From a virus: 64,000 nucleotides of DNA. A program made the translations under genes and the position numbers. Every line of letters starts with the position of its first letter. The first letter of the stretch is position 1. The notes under the pieces are model-generated. The model was not told where the DNA came from. It did no database searches and saw only the letters and a list, made by a program, of their open reading frames with translations. Shown one piece after another: positions 30,249 through 40,016 of the stretch. The stretch covers positions 32,001 through 96,000 of the IMG/VR virus record IMGVR_UViG_3300025411_000008; one strand, given 5' to 3'.

Positions 30249-33200
30249 TAGAACTTAGTCAATCCTGCTAACAGTGTCCAAGTAGGCGTGTTTGACGTGC
30301 AAATCACAGTAAACGTATAAGAATCAAGAGTGTTGGCATCGGCTGATGACCATGCTGTACCACCTTGGTAGTACGTAGTAATACCATTGTTTGTTGCGCC
30401 CTGCAATGGGAGTGCTGAGCTACTTGCACCCGCCTGATTACCATTAATGGTAACGTTGCTGGGCAGATAAGCCGTAGAACCATTATTTACAAGCAAAGCA
30501 AAAGTGGCACTTACACCAGATACGGTTGGTGCTCCGGTGATTGCTACTGTATATGAACCAGATGGTGCTGTATTATAGAAGTAGAAAGAGCTGTTTGCTG
30601 CATTAAGCGTAGCTGGAGTAGCTGTTCCGCTAAGCACTGTTGATCCACTGTATGATACAACTTCATAAGCACCCTGAAGAATAGGGTTGATAATAGCACT
30701 AGCTACAGTGAGTGTACCACTAAACGAAGCATTGCCAATTTGCGTTAAAGCACCAGATACGGTAAGACCAGAAGCAGCTACCAGGTTGCCACCAACAGTA
30801 CCACCAGAGATAGCAAGGTTGTTAAACCCAGAGATAGCAGTGGTTGATCCTGTTCCACCCTGTGTAATTGGCAATCCTGCCCCAGCAGCCGTTTTAGAGA
30901 GGAAGACAACTGAGTTGTTCGCTGCTGTATTGATTACTGTAATTGTATAAGTAGCCCATGTGCTGGGGTCTGCCGAAGCCCACTGAGTTCCACCTTGGTA
31001 ATAGGTAGTAAAAGAACGTACTGGCGTTGCCGTTCCTGTTCCGCTTGATACACCGACAGTAGTGTTTAGTACAGTAAAGTTGTTTGCAGTCGAAGCAAAG
31101 ACCTGAACGTTCGTTAAATTAAGCGATGAACCAGAAGCAATGCCAAGACCTGTGATGTTAACGGTGGCTCCTCCAATAAGAGAGTTAGCACAGGTATAGG
31201 TAACAGATGTGCCGTTACCCGATGCTGCCGTTACTGTATAGGAGGTGGGTGATGTTTGCCCATTTGTGGGAAGGCTGGCAGTAGAACCAGATGCAGCAAG
31301 CTGGTAGCCATCAATAGAAATTGATGAAGGCAGGTAAGCAGTTGCACCGTTATTCACCGCGAAGTTAGCAGTTGTGGCATAACCGTTTGCAGCACCACGG
31401 TAAGTCGCATAGTTAATCGGGTAAGGACCCGTAGGGTTTGAAGTGTATGCGAAGTATGGTCCATTTGTGTTAGTAACACTGATGGGCGTTCCCGAACTTG
31501 GAGCTACAGCAGAAGTAGACAGAGCTGTTGAGAATGCTCCAACAATTTGTGGTGCTGTCAGAACTGGCGCGGTGATCGCGGGATTAGTTGAGTAAACTAC
31601 TGTGCCGGTTCCCGTTTGACCAGCCCAAGGGCCGCTGGTCGGATACCAGACACCGTTGTAGTAGATGCACGAGAAACTGTTGTACCAAGTCGGAAGGGCA
31701 ACGCTTGAAACCTGGCTTGCATTTATTTGGATTTTGTCGGTTCCACTACCGGAAACAGTTACCGTGTATAGAGAACTATTTAATGAAATATTGTTGGTGG
31801 TTCCGTTTGCTGTTCCGCTCGGAAGAGTAAGTGTAAGAGTGCCAGTAAGGGTAGTGACTAATGATGTTTCTCCAGCCGTAATGGTGGGGTTGCTCGTGGA
31901 GGTGTGAGTGACGAAGTTGTTCGTCTGTGAGAGAAGCGTGGCCTGCGTCGAGCTGATGCTCTTGCCCTGAATAGCGCCGACCACCGAGGCAGTGGCGGTT
32001 CCGGTCACGTCACCCGTCAGAGGGAGTGCGCCGGTTGCGGAGCCGGTTCCACCGTTCGCTACTGGCAGAACGCCGATCATGTTGGTGATGTCGGTAGTCC
32101 ATGTGTTGTACCAGTAGGAAGTACCGTCATAGACCCAGCCGTACGCTTCGCCTGGATCTACCGTATACGTGGTGTACGTCGTTTTTTGCGCTGACATTGA
32201 TCCAGAAAGCGTGATGGTCGCAGACGAGTTGTTGATAATTGAGTACTGCGAGCCAGAGACGGGACTGGTCGGAAGAGTGATAGTAAATGGCGTTGAGCCA
32301 GTGCAAATCGAAACCTCGCCAAGCGCGGCGGTGGCGGCAGCCGAGCGCGTGGCAATGCTCTGGCTCTCCGTTGGCGACCAGTTGCCTGTAGTGACTGCCG
32401 AGCCGGTAGCGGTGACAGTGGTGGTCGAGGCAAGGTTTACCGCGAAGGTGTTGGTGCCGTTGGAGGAAGCGACCAGACCGCCCGTGGCGTTGTTCGCCCC
32501 CATACCCGTAATCGTGACGTAGGAGCCAGCCTTCGGAGCCGTACCGCCCGAGGTAGTGTAGGTGACGTAGGTGGTGTGACCGACTGAGTTAGTAACGGTG
32601 TAGGTGGCGCTTGCCGCGACACAAGACCAGATTGTCGAAGTGTGATCGATAACGTAGTCACCTACAAGGTAAGTCCCTTGCGTTGGTGGTCCTGAAGTCG
32701 TACCACCTACAAAGCGAGCGCCAGCAGTTGCATTGCCAATTCCAGTGGCATTAAAGTCCGAAGCAACATCTTCTCCAGTAAGCGTGATCGAGGTGCCTGT
32801 AATAGCACCCGTCATTGTTCCGCCTGATTTTTGAAGCGCACCAGCAACGGTCGTGTTTGCCGAGATGATGCTCTCGACGTTGGTGGTCGCAGCAAGAGTG
32901 GGGTTGGGGTAAGTACCTGAAAGGTCACCGCCAGCGGTATAACCACTGGTCATCACGTTATTGCCACCAATGGTTACAGTTCCACTAAATGTAGCGTTTC
33001 CAATGTGCGTTGAGGTACCAGTAACAGTAAGGTTGCCGCCAATTGTCATTGCGCCTGAATCAATTTCGCTAGCTACTGAAAGTGCCCCGCTGACTGTAAG
33101 CCCACTAGCAATTGCAAGATTACCGCTAATTGTTCCACCGGATCCTGGCAGGGCAGCATAAGCTACACCACTAACGGTGTTAAGGTTGCCTGAAATTAAC

Positions 33201-34480
33201 GCGATAGAGCTCGTTTGACCAGTAACAATGCCTGAAGTTGTGTTGTATTGTCCAGACAGTGTAACAAATTGTCCACTAAGAGTAGCAAGATTTGCAACTG
33301 TACCTGTTACTGTTGGATTAACGTTGATTATGGTATTGACTACACCACTAACAGCAGTGGTTCCTACAAGTGTTGCAGCTACTGCACCTGTACCAGTTGC
33401 CGTTACGTCCCCAGTAAGAGAAGTAATTCCTCCTCCACCGCCACTAACCGTTGCTGGCACCCATTGTGTGTTGTTCCATACAAGAGATTGTCCGCTAGTA
33501 GCAGTTACACCACCAATGATGGGGCTGGTGATGTTCAATGCACCACTGATCGTACCGCCAGAGCGTTGCAGAGCAGAGTAAGCAACTCCGCTTACAGTGT
33601 TGAGGCTACCCGAAGTAGTTGCGTAAGCTCCACTAAGAGTTACGAACTGACCACTTAATGTTGACAGGTTGCTATTTGTTGTGTTGAGGTTCCCTGAGGT
33701 TACAGCATAGGCGCCTGACAATGCAACAAATTGACCTGACAGGGTGTTAAGACTGCCACTAATGCTCGCAATCGATCCAGTGTGACCGGTTACAATTCCG
33801 CTGGTTGTTACATACTGGCCACTGAGGGTAGCCAAGCTGCCTGACAAACTGGCGATATTAGCTTCATCAGTGACTTGCTTACCTGAAATTGTAGCAATAT
33901 AACCAGATTGAGTAGTAACAACGCCAGACGTAGTGGCATATTGACCCGACAACGTTGCGAGTGAGCCACTCAAGGCAGCAACGTTTGCAGTAGTAGTGGT
34001 TACGATGCCGCTAGTTACCACATATTGACCTGAGAGAGTCGTAATCTCATTTGTAAGGGTGATTGCTGACGTATTGAACTGGAGGTCATCTACGGCTGTT
34101 CTAACGGGGAATACGTTGAACCCTGACGTAGTACCGATGGCATGGGCAACAGAAGATGTTCCATCCCAGCCACGTCCATTATTTGTACCGTCAGTCCATA
34201 CGGTGATTAATGCATTCGTGCCAATGCTGATGGCTCCTGAAGCACAAAGAATCTTTTCTTCTGTGCCAAGGCCATAGTCAACTACAAGGGTAAATACACC
34301 ACTAGTTCCAAGAGGGTTAGTAGTGGCAGTTCCGCTCGAGCTTACTTCATACCATCCTGCTGTATTTGCCAGTTGCAAAGTTTGACCAGCAGAGTACCCA
34401 CTTGCCAAAACTGCGGAAAGGTACGTAGGTGTGGCAGCACCTGCAAGAGATCTAGGAGTTGTGTAATTGGGGTAAGCCAT
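30248..34480 (-). CDS. long tail fibre / appendage protein (1410 aa)
   Basis: Heptad S-G repeats, GGT+SG and LTGDVT hinge motifs, duplicated C-terminal YYQGGT.W..AD domain. Confidence 0.82.
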   Translation of the reverse strand: MAYPNYTTPRSLAGAATPTYLSAVLASGYSAGQTLQLANTAGWYEVSSSGTATTNPLGTSGVFTLVVDYGLGTEEKILCASGAISIGTNALITVWTDGTNNGRGWDGTSSVAHAIGTTSGFNVFPVRTAVDDLQFNTSAITLTNEITTLSGQYVVTSGIVTTTTANVAALSGSLATLSGQYATTSGVVTTQSGYIATISGKQVTDEANIASLSGSLATLSGQYVTTSGIVTGHTGSIASISGSLNTLSGQFVALSGAYAVTSGNLNTTNSNLSTLSGQFVTLSGAYATTSGSLNTVSGVAYSALQRSGGTISGALNITSPIIGGVTATSGQSLVWNNTQWVPATVSGGGGGITSLTGDVTATGTGAVAATLVGTTAVSGVVNTIINVNPTVTGTVANLATLSGQFVTLSGQYNTTSGIVTGQTSSIALISGNLNTVSGVAYAALPGSGGTISGNLAIASGLTVSGALSVASEIDSGAMTIGGNLTVTGTSTHIGNATFSGTVTIGGNNVMTSGYTAGGDLSGTYPNPTLAATTNVESIISANTTVAGALQKSGGTMTGAITGTSITLTGEDVASDFNATGIGNATAGARFVGGTTSGPPTQGTYLVGDYVIDHTSTIWSCVAASATYTVTNSVGHTTYVTYTTSGGTAPKAGSYVTITGMGANNATGGLVASSNGTNTFAVNLASTTTVTATGSAVTTGNWSPTESQSIATRSAAATAALGEVSICTGSTPFTITLPTSPVSGSQYSIINNSSATITLSGSMSAQKTTYTTYTVDPGEAYGWVYDGTSYWYNTWTTDITNMIGVLPVANGGTGSATGALPLTGDVTGTATASVVGAIQGKSISSTQATLLSQTNNFVTHTSTSNPTITAGETSLVTTLTGTLTLTLPSGTANGTTNNISLNSSLYTVTVSGSGTDKIQINASQVSSVALPTWYNSFSCIYYNGVWYPTSGPWAGQTGTGTVVYSTNPAITAPVLTAPQIVGAFSTALSTSAVAPSSGTPISVTNTNGPYFAYTSNPTGPYPINYATYRGAANGYATTANFAVNNGATAYLPSSISIDGYQLAASGSTASLPTNGQTSPTSYTVTAASGNGTSVTYTCANSLIGGATVNITGLGIASGSSLNLTNVQVFASTANNFTVLNTTVGVSSGTGTATPVRSFTTYYQGGTQWASADPSTWATYTITVINTAANNSVVFLSKTAAGAGLPITQGGTGSTTAISGFNNLAISGGTVGGNLVAASGLTVSGALTQIGNASFSGTLTVASAIINPILQGAYEVVSYSGSTVLSGTATPATLNAANSSFYFYNTAPSGSYTVAITGAPTVSGVSATFALLVNNGSTAYLPSNVTINGNQAGASSSALPLQGATNNGITTYYQGGTAWSSADANTLDSYTFTVICTSNTPTWTLLAGLTKF

Positions 34481-34490
34481 CAGTTAATTC

Positions 34491-35096
34491 CTAAGAAAAT
34501 TGTACGCTAACGTTGAGTTGCAGGCTATCCCCTGGGTTTAAGTTAATTGCTGAGAAACTACTCTTCAAGAACATATATCCAGCTGGTCCTACAACCGGAG
34601 TGAGCGAGGGAATAATACTCGTCACCTTACTAGAGCCATTTGTAGCTCTAATTACATTGAAGACATTGGTTCCATTGCCAGAAGTTACAGTCATCACTTC
34701 GGTAAGCACCTGTACATTGAACGGAAAGGTACCTGGAAAGCCGCTGTAGCCGCTCACAGTGATGGTGGTATCCGTAGGTCCAACCTGATTTGCAAGCGAC
34801 CCTACAGCTGAACTAGACTGACTGGTAAAAAGGCCTACCTCGGTGATCGAATCAATACCACTAGCAGTAAAAGTACCGTTACAAAGGTAAGTATCTCCTG
34901 ACGTAACAGTAGTTACAATGCTTACTGTTCCAGAGATAGGAGTTCCCAAAGGGTTACCAAGAGCAATGTCGGTAGGCAAGGCAGTACTAATACCAGTTCC
35001 AAGGTAGAGGTATTTTGGCTCACTCAAGGAATAACCGACCCCTGTAATGGCATTCACAAAGTTGCTTCTTGTGTTAGAGGTCAGTACCGTGTTCAT
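34491..35096 (-). CDS. virion structural protein (fibre/baseplate attachment type)
   Basis: LGTG......TD.AL, ITEVGLF, F..INL..GDSL motifs. Confidence 0.7.
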   Translation of the reverse strand: MNTVLTSNTRSNFVNAITGVGYSLSEPKYLYLGTGISTALPTDIALGNPLGTPISGTVSIVTTVTSGDTYLCNGTFTASGIDSITEVGLFTSQSSSAVGSLANQVGPTDTTITVSGYSGFPGTFPFNVQVLTEVMTVTSGNGTNVFNVIRATNGSSKVTSIIPSLTPVVGPAGYMFLKSSFSAINLNPGDSLQLNVSVQFS

Positions 35097-35202
35097 TATC
35101 TTCCTTTAAAGCAGTAGAACCAATGGCGCCGAGATCTTCCCGGTCACCATTGGCTCTAATAATTACTGCTTCTACCTTTAAACTAAAAGGTAAGTGTTCC
35201 AT
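35074..35202 (-). CDS. small structural-module protein (42 aa, missed by the track)
   Basis: MEHLPFSLKVEAVIIRANGDREDLGAIGSTALKEDNEHGTDL; TAATG overlap with the upstream stop. Confidence 0.6.
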   Translation of the reverse strand: MEHLPFSLKVEAVIIRANGDREDLGAIGSTALKEDNEHGTDL

Positions 35203-35930
35203 TAGCTCTGCTGACGGTACGTTCTCTTCTGACCAGTCTGGTACAGGTTTCCGCTGTAGCTAGCAAAGTAACCAGCGTATTGTTGCGTCTCAGAAACGTT
35301 TGTCTGGATCTGACGAACCTGTTGTTGAAGGGCAGGTACACCGCTCGAGCTGGCATTCGTGGTACCAGCCTGAAGCTGCGTAGCGTTAGCAATATTACCG
35401 TTGAAACCAACGAATGGAGTGTGAACAGTAGCGTCATCAATCCAGTTAGGTGTAGCGTTAGGAGCGCCTACGTAGCTTGGGTAAGCCTGACCCTCAGTAC
35501 CGGAAGGTACAAAGGCAGTCAGCGTAGGAGCAGTACCAGTCAGATTAGATACGGTCAGGTTTACACCACTAGGAACGATGATGGTTGTAGTCGTGTCGTA
35601 CAGGTAGTTAGCGCCACCAGCATTGACATAGAACGTGTAACCAGCAAGAGGACCAGCAGCAAGAGCTGCAACCAGACCACTAACTTGCGTACCAGTCGAG
35701 GTACCAGTCAGAGTTGAGGTTACAACACCAGTACCGAAACCACTAATGGTGAATGTACCAGCAGCTGCAGGGACTGAAAGCTCCAGGATACCGCTAGCCG
35801 TGTAGGCAGCGTTAACCATAATGGCTGGGTCAACAGCCTCGAAGTAGGCATTAGCACCACCGCGTGTTACACCACGCAGTGCGGCCTTTGTAGCCTGCTC
35901 GTTTGGAACGTTAGGAATTGGCTGTGCCAT
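35202..35930 (-). CDS. virion structural protein
   Basis: A/G/T/S-rich, 242 aa, downstream of the MCP. Confidence 0.65.
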   Translation of the reverse strand: MAQPIPNVPNEQATKAALRGVTRGGANAYFEAVDPAIMVNAAYTASGILELSVPAAAGTFTISGFGTGVVTSTLTGTSTGTQVSGLVAALAAGPLAGYTFYVNAGGANYLYDTTTTIIVPSGVNLTVSNLTGTAPTLTAFVPSGTEGQAYPSYVGAPNATPNWIDDATVHTPFVGFNGNIANATQLQAGTTNASSSGVPALQQQVRQIQTNVSETQQYAGYFASYSGNLYQTGQKRTYRQQS

Positions 35931-35931
35931 A

Positions 35932-36201
35932 TTAGAATCCTCTCACGGTTGTGTTGTATTGGTCGTTCTGGAATACCAGGCCAGTGTTGTTTTGACCCTG
36001 CCAGCCGTTACCACTCAAGGTAGGCTGTGCATAGCCACCACTAACGGTACCGGAGAATGTCTGGGGTGCCCAGACGTTGAACCATGGCTCGTTGTAGATT
36101 GTTGTGCCGCTCAGAACCGTACCACTGGGGATAATTGCACCCAATGGCTCGGCAGCAGCCTCAACAACAGGCTTCACTGTGTTCTTGATCTCGTCGCTCA
36201 T
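35932..36201 (-). CDS. small S-G-rich virion protein
   Basis: 89 aa; AAGGAG SD; five S-G motifs. Confidence 0.65.
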   Translation of the reverse strand: MSDEIKNTVKPVVEAAAEPLGAIIPSGTVLSGTTIYNEPWFNVWAPQTFSGTVSGGYAQPTLSGNGWQGQNNTGLVFQNDQYNTTVRGF

Positions 36202-36244
36202 TTAAGCTCCTTCTAGAAGGTGGAGCTTTGCAGTCCACCGGTTG

Positions 36245-36811
36245 TTATACGTTCTTTGGTTTTGCGGTGCTAGTGCTGTTGTTCCAGATCTGCTCCCATG
36301 ACTGCGAAGGACCCTTAGGCTCAGCTTCATCAGGAAGAGGAATCTTGTACAGACCTGTGTTTTCACTAGCTCCGGCAGCGAGGCTTTCACGGAGGTGATC
36401 CATGTGACTCTCGCTTGTACTGCTTTCGTCCTTAAGTTCAGCGATCTTTTCCATAGCCTCTTCAGAGGTAATGAACGCAATACGACCACGCTGTACAGCT
36501 CTCAGCAAGTAAGGATCCTTGCGGATTTCCTCTGCGATAGGCTGAATGCTATTGTGAAAGCCAGTTCCGGCTAGCTTAAAGCTACCCTTGTCACTGGCAA
36601 ACACGGTAGAACCAGACATAAGGTTCTCGATCCAGTCTGCAGTCTTAATGTCTTGCATATCCTTAAACGAAGCTGGTGCACGCTTTTGAAGTGCTGCTGC
36701 TCTGTCTGCGGGGTCTGCCTTGTGCTCTTCAAAGTGACCACCCAAGTCCACTACTGGGACTGGGGTACTCTCTGCTCCGACATCACTTGACTTTGATACA
36801 GTTCTTGCCAT
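36245..36811 (-). CDS. hypothetical head-module protein
   Basis: 188 aa; AGGAG SD; directly after the MCP. Confidence 0.7.
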   Translation of the reverse strand: MARTVSKSSDVGAESTPVPVVDLGGHFEEHKADPADRAAALQKRAPASFKDMQDIKTADWIENLMSGSTVFASDKGSFKLAGTGFHNSIQPIAEEIRKDPYLLRAVQRGRIAFITSEEAMEKIAELKDESSTSESHMDHLRESLAAGASENTGLYKIPLPDEAEPKGPSQSWEQIWNNSTSTAKPKNV

Positions 36812-36896
36812 TTTAATGCTCCTATTTTCAAGGGACTCTCGTCCTCAATAGATACGAAATTTTCATACCTAGTTGTTACTTCAAGGGTATTTCTTT

Positions 36897-36949
36897 GTAC
36901 GATGACCGGGGAGCGATCTCGGAGGATCCGACCTCCCCGGCCGTAGTAC
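36897..36949 (-). terminator. strong GC hairpin after the MCP stop (U-tract-less terminator or mRNA stabiliser)
   Basis: GGCCGGGGAG...CTCCCCGGTC stem with inner GATC/GATC and outer GTAC pairs. Confidence 0.6.
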
Positions 36950-36960
36950 GGTTGTTAAGA

Positions 36961-37971
36961 CTAAGCCTTAACGATCTTGCCCAGACCACGGGGGTTGAGA
37001 ACGATCTCGGAAACGAGCTCGTCCATGACCCAACCCTTGTGGAACTTCTCAGGCGTGTGGTTCTCTTCGACGTCGAGCGAGTACATGACGGGGAAGACAC
37101 CGAGGAACTCGGGGCTTGGGGTCATGTAGACAGTACCCTGAGGTACTTCGATCGAACGCTGAACTTGGAAACCACCGAATTGAACGATGCGCTCACCAGC
37201 AACAACACGGTCCTTGAAGGCCCAACCGGTCTGGTTGATGTCCCACTTGTAAAGGTCACGGTAGTCGAGTGGGTTGAACAACAGTCTCGAAGCTTCCAAC
37301 TGGTGGACTTCGATGAGTGCAACGAGGTCGTACAGCGAGTCAGGGGTGATGTAACCCGAGAGCTCGTTAACGATGTGGTTGGGCGAAACTACGTGGTTGG
37401 GGTCAACGGCGTAGTTGTTGATGGCAGCTTCGAGGACCGTGATCAAACGGGCGTCTTCCTGCATCATGATTGCCTGCTTGGACATGTCCTGGGCGTACTC
37501 CACGATGTTTACGCGGAGGTACCACAAGTCTTCCTTCTTGATCTGAGGGAAGGTAGCGATACGGAACAAACGGACTGGAACCTTCTTACCTTCGAAGGGT
37601 GTCACACGGACTTCACCTTCGTTACCGGAAAGAATGTAAGCCTGGCCGTACTCGTCGAGGACGTCGTACATGACAGGTACACCAGGGGTAAGCGGGTCTT
37701 CCAGGAGGACGTTACGGGTCATACCTTGGTAACGGAGCTTCAGCTGGATGGGACCGATCATACCCTGGCCCAAACGGACCATGTAGTTGTCCTTGTCGGC
37801 CAGAACACCGGCGAGGCGACGCTGCTTCTCTTCACGAGTAGCAGTTACGCGGCCAGTTGCAGTCTTAAGACGGTCCTGAGCCTCAATGATACCGGCGACG
37901 TAGTCGTCCGACTTCTTGGCTGTGCGGGGAGCGAGGTGCTCAGCGACAGCGCCATTGGGAGTGATTGACAT
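36961..37971 (-). CDS. major capsid protein (HK97 fold; Bxz1/Myrna-like by recall)
   Basis: MIGPIQLKLRYQG..RNVLLED.LTPG, FRIATFPQIKKEDL, QED.RL, GWVMDELV; strong codon bias; GAAAGGA SD. Confidence 0.9.
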   Translation of the reverse strand: MSITPNGAVAEHLAPRTAKKSDDYVAGIIEAQDRLKTATGRVTATREEKQRRLAGVLADKDNYMVRLGQGMIGPIQLKLRYQGMTRNVLLEDPLTPGVPVMYDVLDEYGQAYILSGNEGEVRVTPFEGKKVPVRLFRIATFPQIKKEDLWYLRVNIVEYAQDMSKQAIMMQEDARLITVLEAAINNYAVDPNHVVSPNHIVNELSGYITPDSLYDLVALIEVHQLEASRLLFNPLDYRDLYKWDINQTGWAFKDRVVAGERIVQFGGFQVQRSIEVPQGTVYMTPSPEFLGVFPVMYSLDVEENHTPEKFHKGWVMDELVSEIVLNPRGLGKIVKA

Positions 37972-37995
37972 TTTCTATATTTCCTTTCAAATACC

Positions 37996-38523
37996 TTAGG
38001 CAGTTGCGCCGAATGGAACGAGACGGACAACAATTTGCGTGGGGCTGATGACATCGATCAACTCAGCGACAGGAATGGCGTTCAAGGCACCAACAGTGGC
38101 ACTTGTACCCGAAGACGAAGTCAGCTGACCAGTACCTGAAGCGGTGTACAGCAAGGTACGAGTACCGTTCGTAGGAACGTTGTAAGCTACCGTCGTGTCG
38201 AAAGCAGGGGCGGTGATGGTGAAGAAGGCGTTAGAGCCACCCAACCATACTGACCATGCGTTGACGCCAACCTGAGTTACGTCGTCAATGTTAGGGTTAC
38301 GGTCAAGAGCAGAAAGACCAAATGGCTTTGCACCTGAAGCAGTAGCCGTAGCAGCATTGGCAACGGTGTCGGGACCTGTACGGTACATGACCATACCTGA
38401 GTAGATGTTCGTGGTGTCCGTGGGATCCAGGAACGTGTTGTAAGGTGTAGCCTCGTACTTTTCGTACAGTGGGGTGCACGTACGGTGAACCCCAACGTTA
38501 GCTACGCTATTAAGTTGCAGCAT
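37996..38523 (-). CDS. capsid decoration/cement protein
   Basis: 175 aa between scaffold and MCP; I.SGMVM...G, PFGL. Confidence 0.7.
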   Translation of the reverse strand: MLQLNSVANVGVHRTCTPLYEKYEATPYNTFLDPTDTTNIYSGMVMYRTGPDTVANAATATASGAKPFGLSALDRNPNIDDVTQVGVNAWSVWLGGSNAFFTITAPAFDTTVAYNVPTNGTRTLLYTASGTGQLTSSSGTSATVGALNAIPVAELIDVISPTQIVVRLVPFGATA

Positions 38524-38555
38524 ATTTTCTTTCTCCTGTTAGTAGGGGATTTGGG

Positions 38556-40016
38556 TTAAAGTGTCATCAGCCAATCGTCAGACATAACGTCCTGACGAGT
38601 AACTGTTGAGGCCGTTGTCAACCGACCCATTTCTGGCAAACGATTACTTCCGCTTGCCACTTTCTGGCTCCGGGGTTGACGAGCCCCAGACTCTTCAAAC
38701 ATGTCGATGGAAGCTACAAAACCTGCCAGCTTAACATCAGACATTTGTTCAAACTTTGCGATGTGCTTAGCACGATCTTCGTGTTGGATCATGCTCATCT
38801 TTTCGAGACGATCTACAACTTGGATAGCAGCGAAGATCTTTTCACGGCTAGCCTGTACAGCGGCAACAGTGCCTGCGTAAGGAGCCAGGGCAGGGTTGGT
38901 GCCATCTTCGAAGTCGATTCTGCCGTGGCTAGGGCCGTGCAGTTGGTCATCAAGGATTCCTGTCTCGGTACCATCGTTGTAGAATGGTACGTAACCAGCG
39001 TCTTCACCGTTTACTTCCTCAGGAACGAGTGCGTTGGTCTGGTGGTCAGGCTGCATTACGCGCTGACGGTCCCAAACACCAGCCTGGTCATCAAGGTCAC
39101 GGACATCAACAACCTGGAGGCTCTCCTGGTTACCGTTAGAAGCCTCCTTAGGCTCCTTCTTGCCATCGCAGTTCTTGGTCTTGCAACCAGGGCCACTGCA
39201 CCACTCGGTGCGAGCAGACTTCTTCTTCTTCAAGAAAGCAGGCTTGTCGTCGTCGTCTTCGTCATCATCGTCTTCGCAGTCTTCGCAGCCCTTACCCTTG
39301 CAGTTCTTGCAGGATGACTTCTTGCTCTTAGACTTAGTCTTCTTCTTAGCGGCAGTCTTCTTGTCGTCTGCATCGTCATCATCGTCGGCACCGCCATCCG
39401 AGTCGCTGTCGTCGTCTGTGGCAGCAGTCTTGATCTCTTCCAAGAGGCCCTCAAGAGCCTTCAGGTCGACAGAAGCTTGACGGTAGTCACCGGTAACAAC
39501 AAGGTCGTTCTCGATGTCAGTTACGATGCTTGCAACGGTACCAACAACCTGGTTGAGGTCATCGTTAGTGCTAGCAAAGCGCAGAACGGTTGCAGCGTCA
39601 TTCGAAGCAGTGATAAGGTTATTGAAGTCGAAGTCAACTTCGTCACGGATAGCATCGCGTACTTCACGGCTAGCCTTGTAAACCTGGTACAGACTCTCGT
39701 CAATAGGGTTAATGCTTGCGTACATTGGGCCACCTTCAGAGTAAACGGCACTCGAGCCAGGACCACCGATGATTTCGCTTCCATCGTCAACGCCAGTGAA
39801 GTCACGGACATCAAGTTGACGTGTCATTGGCTGGTTAGCAATCCAGTCAGCTACTTCTTCAGTAGGAGCAGGAGCTTGCTCAGGCCAACCGCCTGAACCA
39901 AGACTGTCGACCTGGTCGTATGGTTGCACTCTTGGAGTGGTAGTCGTTCCCGACATGCCTCTTTGTTGGAAAGCATTTTCTGCTTGCTTAATCATCTCGT
40001 CATCAAAACGGCTCAT
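38556..40016 (-). CDS. capsid scaffolding-like protein
   Basis: Acidic, low-complexity D/K tracts; coiled C-terminus; many [KR]xA[SA] motifs; position between protease and MCP. Confidence 0.7.
   Translation of the reverse strand: MSRFDDEMIKQAENAFQQRGMSGTTTTPRVQPYDQVDSLGSGGWPEQAPAPTEEVADWIANQPMTRQLDVRDFTGVDDGSEIIGGPGSSAVYSEGGPMYASINPIDESLYQVYKASREVRDAIRDEVDFDFNNLITASNDAATVLRFASTNDDLNQVVGTVASIVTDIENDLVVTGDYRQASVDLKALEGLLEEIKTAATDDDSDSDGGADDDDDADDKKTAAKKKTKSKSKKSSCKNCKGKGCEDCEDDDDEDDDDKPAFLKKKKSARTEWCSGPGCKTKNCDGKKEPKEASNGNQESLQVVDVRDLDDQAGVWDRQRVMQPDHQTNALVPEEVNGEDAGYVPFYNDGTETGILDDQLHGPSHGRIDFEDGTNPALAPYAGTVAAVQASREKIFAAIQVVDRLEKMSMIQHEDRAKHIAKFEQMSDVKLAGFVASIDMFEESGARQPRSQKVASGSNRLPEMGRLTTASTVTRQDVMSDDWLMTL

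Noticed and set aside
30300-31400. Duplicated YYQGGT.W domain as a DGR template/variable repeat pair
   Set aside because: Both copies are in-frame coding and differ at all base types, not only adenines; no reverse transcriptase is in the window.
35110-35170. Inverted repeat AGAACCAATGG...CCATTGGCTCT as a terminator
   Set aside because: It lies within a plausible 42-aa coupled CDS (35074-35202) and has no U-tract; a regulatory role is not excluded but is unsupported.
36220-36242. GTGGA-CTGCAAA-GC-TCCAC as a tRNA-Cys remnant
   Set aside because: No D-arm, T-arm or acceptor stem surrounds it.
36895-37968. 357-aa plus-strand ORF antisense to the MCP
   Set aside because: It mirrors the MCP almost exactly; a shadow ORF produced by strong codon bias, with no SD or protein motifs.
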